DNA of 64,000 nt from Thermoplasmata archaeon (GTDB taxonomy: Archaea; Thermoplasmatota; Thermoplasmata; RBG-16-68-12; JAJISG01), in the NCBI GenBank assembly GCA_046758325.1, contig JBHHZZ010000001.1, positions 17,016-81,015 of the forward strand, given 5' to 3'. Within the stretch, counting starts at the first letter, position 1, and every line of letters starts with the position of its first letter. A program made the translations under genes and the position numbers. The notes under the pieces are model-generated. The model made no database searches. It had not been told where the DNA came from and worked only from the letters and a program-made list of their open reading frames with translations. This document shows, piece by piece, positions 37,929-46,424 of this stretch.

Positions 37929-39023
37929 TCACAGGGCTTCAAGAAGATCGAGACCTTGTATCAGCCCGTATCCGTATAGGTCGTCGTGGGGGACCTCCTG
38001 GTCATCCAGCTCGCGGGCCGTCTCCATCAAAGCCATCTTCAGCTGGAGCACGCCACTCGAAGATGATGCGATCTTGAGAGAGGGCATGCCCTGTAGGATC
38101 AGGGCGAGGAGGGCGGAGACGAAGGCAGCGGCGGCTGAGGTGCCCGAGATCCTCACGTACTTTCCGTCGAGACTCGCGGTTACCAAGTCCACGCCAGGGG
38201 CCACCGCCTCCGGCTTCTTGTTGGGGTCCGTCCTACCTTCAGGGTTGAAAGGTCTCGGCCCATTGTTGCCCCCCTGGCTGAAGGGCGCTATTCGGAGGGA
38301 GCTGTCCACCGCTCCTACAGCTATGACGAGGGGTTCCGAGGCAGGGCTCTGAACATCTCGAGCGGCGGACCCCTCGTTTCCCGCAGCCGCCACGACAAAG
38401 ATGCCCTTGGACACCGCTTCCGCCGCTGCGGCCGCGACCTCGTCCTCCTGGACGGGGCGCGTGGAGCCCCCTAGGGAGAGAGAGATGATGTGAGACCTAG
38501 TGTTGTTTCCAAAGGGGTCCATACAGAACGTGATGCCTTCCAGGACGACTGAGGAGCCGCTCTCCCCCGTCTCCGTGATGGCCTTTACCACAACGAGGGA
38601 GACCTTGGGCGCGAGGCCCGATACCTGCCCCTGAGCGGCGATAAGGCCCACCATGGCGGTCCCGTGGCCCTCGTCGTCGTAGGGGTCTTCCCTCCCGTTG
38701 ACAAGGTCCTTCCACGCCAGAAGGTTAACATCCGATAGTCCAGGATGCTGCAAATCTACGCCAGTATCGACGACGCAGAGAATGACTCCGCTACCGTCTA
38801 GCCCCTTCGCATGCAGCTGTGTAGCCTGTGTGACGGACCAGGCCCACTCGTTACCTGGGACCAAACCTAGGAGCCTCTCCAGCTCCGGGAGGACCGGCAG
38901 CAGGGTGATTCCCACGATTCCTAGAAGCAGAACGATGACGACGACGGCCGCCCACCTCCGGCGTCGCCCGGACCTTGGCTCAGGGCCTGGTAAAGCCGTA
39001 TCCCTCATGCTCTGGATTTTCAT
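37929..39023 (-). CDS. Subtilisin-like S8 serine protease with N-terminal membrane anchor/signal
   Basis: VVDTGVD...HGTAMVGLIA...GTSAAAAFVSA gives the D/H/S triad. Confidence 0.8.
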   Translation of the reverse strand: MKIQSMRDTALPGPEPRSGRRRRWAAVVVIVLLLGIVGITLLPVLPELERLLGLVPGNEWAWSVTQATQLHAKGLDGSGVILCVVDTGVDLQHPGLSDVNLLAWKDLVNGREDPYDDEGHGTAMVGLIAAQGQVSGLAPKVSLVVVKAITETGESGSSVVLEGITFCMDPFGNNTRSHIISLSLGGSTRPVQEDEVAAAAAEAVSKGIFVVAAAGNEGSAARDVQSPASEPLVIAVGAVDSSLRIAPFSQGGNNGPRPFNPEGRTDPNKKPEAVAPGVDLVTASLDGKYVRISGTSAAAAFVSALLALILQGMPSLKIASSSSGVLQLKMALMETARELDDQEVPHDDLYGYGLIQGLDLLEAL

Positions 39024-39093
39024 AGGAGTCAGCGGGTATTAGGCCCTTGGGTCTCTTCTGCTCCAGGCGCAGTCCCAGCTCTCCCGCCTAGGG

Positions 39094-41034
39094 TTACCCT
39101 CCATCCCCCTTTCTCATGAGCTTGAACACGAGGAAGCCTAGGACCGCCAAGAGAGTGGCTATCCCAACCGCGACATAGAACAAGCTCGTGCTGGTCAGGG
39201 GAGGCGGGAAGTCGCTGAAGGTCAGGGTGATGCTTTCGGAGCTGTTGAGCTCAGTCTGGGCCGATTGAACGCCCGAGTCATAGAGTGAGCCCATGTACGA
39301 GGTCACGTAACGAGCCTGGACTGTGTAGCTGCCCCCGGGCAGGAGCAGCACGACTGTGCCGTCTGGACCGGTAAGGCCAGCGTCATAGACGAGACCCGTG
39401 GAATCTGTCAAGCTGACGAACACGCCCGAGAGCGCCTGTCCGTCTCCCGACATGGTGGTGACGGTGAGCTTGTAAACGGCCGTCCTGAAGGCGATGATAT
39501 CGTTGCCCACCACGTCACCGCTTCCGTTGAAGACGTCGACCCCCCGCCAGGCTGCCAGGAGGGCGTATGTGCCTACCGGGACCTGGCTGAGGGTGACCTG
39601 GCCGCTTCCGTCGGTCTTGTAGGGGCCGAGTTTCTCCCCGTTTGGATGAATGAAGATCAGCGAAGCCCCCGCCAGGGCAGAGCCGTCTGAATCCTCAGCC
39701 TGGAAGACGGGGTAGTACACCTGTGTGTCGATTACCAGAGGGTTCGACTCTGTGATGTTGGACTGGACATCCTGAAGCGAGGAGGCGACCCTCACGTCTT
39801 GCCAATAGACCTGGAACTCGTACGCGGCCTTGGCCATGGTAAAGTTCACCATTCCATCCGGGTCCGTCGTCTTGGCGTCTACGATGAAGCCGCCACTTAC
39901 CAGTTCCACCCTCGCACCTGCCAGGGGCACGCTCTTGGAGTCGACCGTCTTTACGTTTGCATAGACGGGCAGCCCGTCGATGAAGAACGTCGATGTAGCG
40001 GTATCGGGATAATCGTCATAGTCGAACTGCTGGAAGAAGTGGTAGTAGTTGTGACCGTTGTTGTCGAGCGCCCAAACCTGCATCGTGTATTCCCCGATTG
40101 CCTGGTCCGTGTAGTTCCAGACGACCTCGAACACGCTGTCGTAGCTCCTAGGGGTGCCAGAAATGTGGGCCATGGAGACGTTGTCCAGGAGGACGACGCC
40201 GAACGGAGACATGAGGGTAAGGTTGACCCAGCGGATGTCGTACCCGCCTAGGGGGTCGGTAACATTGGCCTGGATGTACACCGTCTTGTTTTCAGCCACA
40301 GGATCGAAGTTGATTTCTGGGTTCCGATTCCAGTCCAGGGTCGCGATTGTGGCAACATCCAGGGAATCGGGTCCACGAAAGCTAATGCGGCTGTTGACCT
40401 GGGGTGTGTCGTAATGAAGCCAGATCCCTTGCAGAGCTCCCGGCGTGACGGTCATCCGCAGCTCGATGGAAGATCCGGCTCGGAAGGTGTGAGGGGACAC
40501 AAAGGTCGCGTTCCAGCTAGCCAGTGTCGGTGTGACTGGAAAGTCCTGACTGCCCAAGTTCTCCTCATGGACCAACGTGGAGGTCGTCGTATTCAGCTCG
40601 AAAATCTCCAGGGTGACCTGCGCGTTGCTGCTCGCTCCCGTAGAGGAATTGGCCCAGATTCGCAGGGTGAATCCATCCGCGCTGAAATCGCCCACCAAGG
40701 CAGGGACTGAGAACCACTGCATCACTTTCTGCGTTCCCTCGACCAGAACGCTTACGTTCACGTCGTTGAAGTCCAGGGTCGTATCGAAGTAGGTGAGTGT
40801 GCTGCCACCGTCCGGCAAGGGCTTTGCCGTCTCTGTTGCGTTGACCGAGTGGAGCAGAAAGGTCATGTCTTTTGTCACGCCGTTGACGGCGTGGACCGTG
40901 GGGGCCGGAAGCGTGACCACGAGTAGGGCGGACAGGACGAGCAGCGGAAGAGCGAGCAACGTCAAGGCCTTGGACGCAGTCGATCTCGTTCCTGCATACC
41001 GGAGAGGGGTCTTTTCTCGGGTCATGGGAAGCAC
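39094..41034 (-). CDS. Large secreted glycoprotein candidate: signal peptide, CarboxypepD_reg-like repeats, many N-x-S/T sequons, C-terminal TM anchor
   Basis: GARVELVSGGFIVDAKTTDPDGMVNF..., GASLIFIHPNGEKLGPYKTDGSGQVTL..., GVFVSLTDSTGLVYDAGLTGPDGTVVL...; at least 14 sequons; C-terminal LFYVAVGIATLLAVLGFLVFKLMRK. Confidence 0.55.
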   Translation of the reverse strand: MLPMTREKTPLRYAGTRSTASKALTLLALPLLVLSALLVVTLPAPTVHAVNGVTKDMTFLLHSVNATETAKPLPDGGSTLTYFDTTLDFNDVNVSVLVEGTQKVMQWFSVPALVGDFSADGFTLRIWANSSTGASSNAQVTLEIFELNTTTSTLVHEENLGSQDFPVTPTLASWNATFVSPHTFRAGSSIELRMTVTPGALQGIWLHYDTPQVNSRISFRGPDSLDVATIATLDWNRNPEINFDPVAENKTVYIQANVTDPLGGYDIRWVNLTLMSPFGVVLLDNVSMAHISGTPRSYDSVFEVVWNYTDQAIGEYTMQVWALDNNGHNYYHFFQQFDYDDYPDTATSTFFIDGLPVYANVKTVDSKSVPLAGARVELVSGGFIVDAKTTDPDGMVNFTMAKAAYEFQVYWQDVRVASSLQDVQSNITESNPLVIDTQVYYPVFQAEDSDGSALAGASLIFIHPNGEKLGPYKTDGSGQVTLSQVPVGTYALLAAWRGVDVFNGSGDVVGNDIIAFRTAVYKLTVTTMSGDGQALSGVFVSLTDSTGLVYDAGLTGPDGTVVLLLPGGSYTVQARYVTSYMGSLYDSGVQSAQTELNSSESITLTFSDFPPPLTSTSLFYVAVGIATLLAVLGFLVFKLMRKGDGG

Positions 41035-41035
41035 G

Positions 41036-41278
41036 CTACCGGGTGACTAAGCTCTTCGCTGCAGCCGCAATCGCGGCCCCGATACCACCCCCTGCGGCTC
41101 CACCGGCGAGGGCGTTCGAGACCGCTGAGACCACCGTGTAGCCATGCGTTCCCTGCGGGATGTGGGCGAGGGCGACGCCCAGCCCCGTGACGTCTCCTGT
41201 TGTCACCGACATAATCCCCATGGTGACTGCTCCGATCGCCGCCCCAACGGCGGCCGCGATGGGTATTGATATCATCAT
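41036..41278 (-). CDS. Small Gly/Ala-rich (glycine-zipper-like) membrane peptide, first gene of the surface operon
   Basis: 80 aa with AAAVGAAIGAVTMGIM...GGAAGGGIGAAIAAAA. Its stop is 1 nt from the downstream start. Leaderless, with the ATG about 24 nt from the TATA. Confidence 0.45.
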   Translation of the reverse strand: MMISIPIAAAVGAAIGAVTMGIMSVTTGDVTGLGVALAHIPQGTHGYTVVSAVSNALAGGAAGGGIGAAIAAAAKSLVTR

Positions 41279-41296
41279 TGTTTCGATGAGGCACTG

Positions 41297-41352
41297 TGTT
41301 TAAGAGCGCTTTGGCTCAAGCAACGAACAGTGTGGAACAAGCTTCGAACAAG
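41297..41352 (-). promoter_or_regulatory. Promoter: TATA (tgtttaagag) plus two CAAGCnnCGAAC boxes 21 nt apart
   Basis: caagcaACGAAc at 41317-41328 and caagctTCGAAc at 41338-41349. Confidence 0.5.
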
Positions 41353-41593
41353 AGTCTCTCAGTCATGGACTAGGCGCACGGAAGGCGAACGGGACCGCCC
41401 TAGGATGCCCGCAGACGGCTGCTGGGGAAGGGACTGGACACCGGCATCGGCCGCGACCGGTCGGTTTTCGGGAACGTGCATCGAGAACCGGTGCGCTCCT
41501 CGGTTCACTTGATGGAGAGTGCCGCTGTCTGGCTCCTTGAGGACACGCTTAGGGTGTGTTGGAAGAGCCGGCAAAAGAAAACCGGGGGAAGGG

Positions 41594-42250
41594 CTAGTGC
41601 CTCTTCCGCAGGGCCACCGTGGCAGCTAGCAGGACGATGACGACCGCCAGTGTGATGAGGGCCCAGCCCATGGCGGTGAGGCCGTCGGCTCCCAGTATGG
41701 TGCCGATGTCTGAGGTCGTCGGGGATATCTCGATGTACTGGACCGAGAAGTGCGTGATCACGAAGACGTAGACCTCCGCACCACCTGCATCCACTGAGCT
41801 GGTCACGCCCTGGTAGTTCACCCCCTCCGAGACCTCGATGGATAGACTGCTTTCATCACTCTCGACGTAGGTTTCTATGAAGTCCTTGTTGACGAGGAGG
41901 GTCACCAGATTGGTCGGGACCCCGTCCTCCGCCTCTATGGAGAGGGCCTTTGTGTCCGTGGAAAGGGAGACGGTTACCCTGTCGATCCCGTCCGGCGTGC
42001 CGGCGTTGACGACCAAGGCTGCCCACGGCTCGATGTCATCTGTAAAGATGAACGTGGCGACGCCTATCCTGGCGGCGTCGTTAGCGGTGCCGATGGCCGA
42101 TTCCGTGTCCTTTCCTGGTACTGACGGAAGGTCGATCGTCAGAGGGGACTGGGCGGAAGCCAGACCCCCGAAGACGAGGGCCAGACCGATGAGGAAGGCT
42201 ACCCTCACCATTGCTGCCCCCGTTTCCATCCTCGTAGTCCTCAGCTCCAT
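41594..42250 (-). CDS. Secreted protein with signal peptide and C-terminal TM anchor
   Basis: N-terminal VAFLIGLALVFGGLASAQS; C-terminal WALITLAVVIVLLAATVALRKRH. Confidence 0.5.
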   Translation of the reverse strand: MELRTTRMETGAAMVRVAFLIGLALVFGGLASAQSPLTIDLPSVPGKDTESAIGTANDAARIGVATFIFTDDIEPWAALVVNAGTPDGIDRVTVSLSTDTKALSIEAEDGVPTNLVTLLVNKDFIETYVESDESSLSIEVSEGVNYQGVTSSVDAGGAEVYVFVITHFSVQYIEISPTTSDIGTILGADGLTAMGWALITLAVVIVLLAATVALRKRH

Positions 42251-42271
42251 GGTACTGGCTCTGCCAGGAGA

Positions 42272-42325
42272 CCTTATATTCTGTTTGGCACAAGCCTCGA
42301 ATCGCCTAGCACAGGCTTCGAACGG
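42272..42325 (-). promoter_or_regulatory. Promoter: TATA (ccttatattc) plus two CA(A/G)GCyTCGAA boxes 21 nt apart
   Basis: caagccTCGAAt at 42291-42302 and caggctTCGAAc at 42312-42323; the ATG is about 27 nt from the TATA (leaderless). Confidence 0.5.
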
Positions 42326-42396
42326 AATGAACTGCTATTATCGATACTAAAAACAGAAGCTTTTTACCAGCCCCTAGGCTATTTCCGTTTGATTAC

Positions 42397-42678
42397 ATGG
42401 TTTCCCTGAGCGAAGTTGAGCCCTTCTTTCGGGTATCCTTGATGGGATTTGCCCTGCTCCTTACGATCCTCATGGGCGTGACCACCTACCGTGTGAAGAG
42501 CGGGAAGCTCCTCCTGGTAACTCTGGGATTCCTGGCCTTCTTCATCAAGGGACTTCTCCTGACCTTGGGAATCTTCTTGACCGCGTTCAGAGACGCTTTC
42601 CAGGCCAACCCGGAGATAATGCTGATGGACTTCGCCATCCTCGTCCTGATCTACGCGGGGATGGTAAAGGGCTCCTGA
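42397..42678 (+). CDS. Small 3-TM membrane protein; paralog of the 19462-19752 gene
   Basis: 93 aa with three hydrophobic helices; alignable with the 19462 ORF. Confidence 0.45.
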   Translation: MVSLSEVEPFFRVSLMGFALLLTILMGVTTYRVKSGKLLLVTLGFLAFFIKGLLLTLGIFLTAFRDAFQANPEIMLMDFAILVLIYAGMVKGS

Positions 42679-42688
42679 GGACAGGCCC

Positions 42689-43210
42689 ATGGGAGAGGAG
42701 GAGGTCCTGGACCTCGAGAGACGCAGAATGGTCTACCAGTTCATCAAGTCCCATCCGGGGCTCCACATGAGGGGCCTGGAGAAGCGCCTAGGCATCTCCC
42801 TGGGGGACCTAAGGTACCACCTGGACTATCTCGAGAAAAAGGAGTTGATAACCAGCCGGAGCGATGGCTACAGGAAGACTTACTTCTCCACTAGGGATGT
42901 CTACCTCCAGGATAGGGACCTTCTGGCCCTGCTGCGGCAACGTGGGCCCAGGAAGCTCATCCTGCATCTCATGCTCACCCAGAACGCCTCCTTCGACGAG
43001 CTCCGCCAGGTCTTGGGAGTGTCGAAATCCACCCTCTCCTTTCACTTAAGAAAGCTCACAGACAAGGGTATCGTGAAGGTCCTGAGGCGGGAGGGAAAGA
43101 ACGCCTACTACGTGGAGGACAAGGAGAACGTTGCAGAGCTGCTGATTACCTACAAGGGGAGCTTCCTGGACGAAGCGGTTGACAGGGTGTTGCAGGTCTG
43201 GCTTCCCTAG
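42689..43210 (+). CDS. Transcriptional regulator with two tandem wHTH domains
   Basis: Two repeats: ...FIKSHPGLHMRGLEKRLGISLGDLRYHLDYLEKKELI... and ...ASFDELRQVLGVSKSTLSFHLRKLTDKGIV.... The first resembles the 19802 regulator. Confidence 0.6.
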   Translation: MGEEEVLDLERRRMVYQFIKSHPGLHMRGLEKRLGISLGDLRYHLDYLEKKELITSRSDGYRKTYFSTRDVYLQDRDLLALLRQRGPRKLILHLMLTQNASFDELRQVLGVSKSTLSFHLRKLTDKGIVKVLRREGKNAYYVEDKENVAELLITYKGSFLDEAVDRVLQVWLP

Positions 43211-43968
43211 GCCTCCTCCGCGTGGACGAGAATGCCGCCCTCCTTGATCTCCATGGGGACGATGTACTCCAAGTGGCTGGAGCCCTTGTACTTCTCGATG
43301 GAGATGAACCTCTTGATGCCGTTCTCGTGACGGAACTTGTACAGTCTGATCTCGCCCCTGGCCAGGAATGTCTCCAGCTTCGATCCTGTGTTATCCGGTG
43401 TCTCCACCGTCATCAGGGCCGTTTTCCCCGACTCCGTGAGGAAGCGGATGAAGGACTGGGTACTCACGTTCTCCTCGAAGTCCCGCATGCAGAACTGCCT
43501 CAGAGCCGTCAGACTGTCGATGACGACCCTCTGGTAGTCCCTCCTCGTGAAGAGGTTCTTGAGGGCCTGTTGCAGGGAGTGGACCGTCACCTCCCGGGAT
43601 TCCCCCTCAGGACTCTTCCTGATCTTGAAGGGAACGTTTTTCATGGGTACGGCGCCAATCTCCGAGGAGATCTCCAGAATCGGTTTGGGCTCGAACCTGC
43701 GGATGTCGGAATTTGCGTCCAGGATCTCCACGTCCCCGACCTTCCATCCATAGGACTCCATGTTATACCTTATCTCGTTTGGCGGCTCCTCCAAGGCAAC
43801 GAAGAGGACCCTCTGCCCCTCCTTCAGCCCCTGCAGGAGGAACTGCATGCATAGGGTGGTCTTCCCACTGCCCAGGGGGCCGGAGACGATGTAGGGCCTT
43901 TTGGGGATGAGGCCTCCCTTGAGCATGCGATCGACCCCCTCTATGCCCGTCGTAACCTTGTCCACCAT
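43207..43968 (-). CDS. KaiC-like single-domain ATPase
   Basis: GIEGVDRML...VSGPLGSGKTTLCMQF. Confidence 0.7.
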   Translation of the reverse strand: MVDKVTTGIEGVDRMLKGGLIPKRPYIVSGPLGSGKTTLCMQFLLQGLKEGQRVLFVALEEPPNEIRYNMESYGWKVGDVEILDANSDIRRFEPKPILEISSEIGAVPMKNVPFKIRKSPEGESREVTVHSLQQALKNLFTRRDYQRVVIDSLTALRQFCMRDFEENVSTQSFIRFLTESGKTALMTVETPDNTGSKLETFLARGEIRLYKFRHENGIKRFISIEKYKGSSHLEYIVPMEIKEGGILVHAEEA

Positions 43969-43971
43969 GGC

Positions 43972-45027
43972 CTACCTCTCGATCAGCCTCTTCGCCACGG
44001 CCTTCTCCTTCCTCTCCCTCAGGACCTGCAGTAGGGAAAGGGACTGTCTCAGCACATCCTCATGTCTGCCCAGGTGAAGGTATATCATGACGCGATAGAT
44101 GCGGGGGCTCAGGTCTCCGACGTCGATTCCCCTCACCTCGCAGTCCTCCCACAGCCTTATGATCTCCTCTAGGAACTCGGAGGCCTCCTCGGACATGATG
44201 TCCTGCAGGAAGTGGCCCACGAAACCGTCGGTCCTCTGGCCGTGGAGGGAAACCTCTCCGTCCGCCAGGACGAATATTCCCTTGCTCCCGATCACCATCG
44301 GCCTGAAACGATCGTCGAAGGGGGAGCCCCTGAGCCTCTCTATGGAGATGGCTCTCCTCACGGCGTTGGACTCAAACCACTTATGGAGCCTGATCTCGCC
44401 CCTGGCAAGCAGGAACTCCGTCTCGACTTCTCCGGGGTTCGGTAGCTCCGTGATGATGAGGGTTGTGGCCTCCAACTCCGAGAGGAACCGCATGAAGGAC
44501 TGGATCAGTATGCGCCTGTCCTCTCCCCTCATTCCAAACATCTTGAGGCTGGTCATGGAGTCGATGACGACCCTGGTGTACCTCTTCCCCGTGGCCTTGA
44601 AATGCCCCTGAAACTCCTGCTTGAGCATCTTCTGGACTGAGTGGATGGACACTTCCATGACCCGGAGCTGTTGGCTCTTCCTCATCTCAGTGACCTGCTC
44701 CATGTCGCGGACGTCGAGGGTGGTGCCCACATCGATGATCGTCTTTGTCTTGCTGTGGGAACGGATGTCGGGGGTGGCATCGAGGATACGAAGACGGTCA
44801 AGACTCCACCCGAAATGGGCCATGTTGGTCTTGATCTCGTTGGGTGGCTCGTCTACCGCCACCATGATGACGCTCTCGCCGTTCTTTATGCCCTCCAGGA
44901 GGAAATGGATGCCGAGAATGCTCTTGCCGCTTCCGGGAGGGGCTGTGACCACGTATGGACGGCCGGGAATCAGACCTCCGTAAAGCATCTTGTCTAGACC
45001 CTCGATCCCCGTCGATACCCTGTTCAT
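43972..45027 (-). CDS. KaiC-like ATPase with roughly 100 aa helical C-terminal extension
   Basis: GIEGLDKML...VTAPPGSGKSILGIHF plus a C-terminal tail. Confidence 0.7.
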   Translation of the reverse strand: MNRVSTGIEGLDKMLYGGLIPGRPYVVTAPPGSGKSILGIHFLLEGIKNGESVIMVAVDEPPNEIKTNMAHFGWSLDRLRILDATPDIRSHSKTKTIIDVGTTLDVRDMEQVTEMRKSQQLRVMEVSIHSVQKMLKQEFQGHFKATGKRYTRVVIDSMTSLKMFGMRGEDRRILIQSFMRFLSELEATTLIITELPNPGEVETEFLLARGEIRLHKWFESNAVRRAISIERLRGSPFDDRFRPMVIGSKGIFVLADGEVSLHGQRTDGFVGHFLQDIMSEEASEFLEEIIRLWEDCEVRGIDVGDLSPRIYRVMIYLHLGRHEDVLRQSLSLLQVLRERKEKAVAKRLIER

Positions 45028-45445
45028 CAGGAACCGCCTAGGTTCGTTCCATGGAGCCCTGGGGCTGATAAGCTTATCCTTTCAATTCTTACGGGCGATA
45101 AGGTGGAGGGGTTCTGCCGTGGCACTCATTCAAACCGCCACCCACCTACGCCGCCGCGATGCACTCACCAAGGGGCGATGCGTTCAGGGCCATGACGAGG
45201 TCGTGAGTCTCCGAGAAAGATAGGGTCATAGCGGGGCCTGGAAGTTCAGTCCGGGGATGACGGTTTGAGACCGCCCCCGGGCATTTGAACCAGGGATCTC
45301 CGGGTTATGAGCCCGGCGGGATTTTAGGCTCCGACTCCCCGGGAAGGGCATCCGGGATCCGGGGTTTCCTAGCTACCCCACCCCGCTTCTGCTTCATAGA
45401 CCGTAGCGTCGAATATTAATGTATCGCCACCCGGAGGCCAATGGA

Positions 45446-45775
45446 CTAGGATAGCAGCTTCCTGAACCGTAAGGCGTCCTCCAGAGAGGCCTTGATCTTG
45501 AGCTTTCCGGTGGCGAGGGCTTTGAAAGGGGGTATGCGACCCTCGAAGACGCCTCTCAGAGTCTCCTCATCAGCGAGTACAGACAGGTCCGCTGACTCGA
45601 GCTGCCCCTCCTCCAGATCCCCGATCTCGCCGTCTCGGAGGGTCATGTGGAACTGTTGCTTCTCTGTGACGACCTGTATGGTCTTCTCCAGACCCCCAAG
45701 CTCTTCCCGCAGCCCATCGTCCGTTCGAACCCTCTCGTTGAAACGGGCGATAAGTCTCTCCAACGACTCTCTCAT
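45446..45775 (-). CDS. SCP2 sterol-carrier-like domain protein
   Basis: ...GEIGDLEEGQLESADLSVLADEETLRGVFEG...GKLKIKASLEDALRF. Confidence 0.5.
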   Translation of the reverse strand: MRESLERLIARFNERVRTDDGLREELGGLEKTIQVVTEKQQFHMTLRDGEIGDLEEGQLESADLSVLADEETLRGVFEGRIPPFKALATGKLKIKASLEDALRFRKLLS

Positions 45776-45776
45776 C

Positions 45777-46424
45777 CTAATCCCACTCCGTCAGCTTCCT
45801 CAGCCTGGCCCTCGACAGCAACCTCTGCGATGTCCTCCAAGACATCCTGACGTGGGAGGGCATCTCCTTATGGTTCTTCAGCCAGCCCTTCAGGAAGGCG
45901 AGGGTCTGGGGGTCGTGGGCATAGCCGCTCCCTACAGGCTGTCCGATCTCCTCACCTATGCGTTTCATCTCCTCATCCCTCCTGACCTTTGCGATGATGG
46001 AAGCGGCGGAAACGATGGGGTACCTCTCGTCGGCCCCGTGCTCCACCCGAAGGGATAGATCGTAGCCCAGATGTCTCAGGATGGCGCGCTCGAACCTGGC
46101 CGGGGAGGTATCGCAGCAGTCCACGTAGACCTCTTCTGGGGAGAGGTCACGAATGATGTCGGCGAAGTAGCGGGCCTCAAGCTGGTTCAGGGAGGCCTCG
46201 CCCATGGCATCGTCCAGCTCCGCTGCCGAGACTACCCGTTCCTTGCACTCCGCCACGCTTCGGATCTCCTCAGCCAGACCCATCCTCCTCTGGGGGGTCA
46301 GCTTCTTGGAATCCCTCACCCCCAAGCGTCGGAGGACCTCCTGATCCGTATGCAGGACCCCTGCCAGGACCATCGGGCCCATGACAGGCCCACGACCAGC
46401 CTCGTCAACGCCAAGAATCCTCAT
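45777..46424 (-). CDS. rnhB: Ribonuclease HII
   Basis: MRILGVDEAGRGPVMGPMVLAGV. Confidence 0.8.
   Translation of the reverse strand: MRILGVDEAGRGPVMGPMVLAGVLHTDQEVLRRLGVRDSKKLTPQRRMGLAEEIRSVAECKERVVSAAELDDAMGEASLNQLEARYFADIIRDLSPEEVYVDCCDTSPARFERAILRHLGYDLSLRVEHGADERYPIVSAASIIAKVRRDEEMKRIGEEIGQPVGSGYAHDPQTLAFLKGWLKNHKEMPSHVRMSWRTSQRLLSRARLRKLTEWD

Noticed and set aside
45236-45345. Possible tRNA (anticodon-like CTCATAA loop; TTCAAAT heptamer at about 45282)
   Set aside because: The T-stem (CCTGG vs GCCCG) and D-arm cannot be paired; no acceptor stem is available
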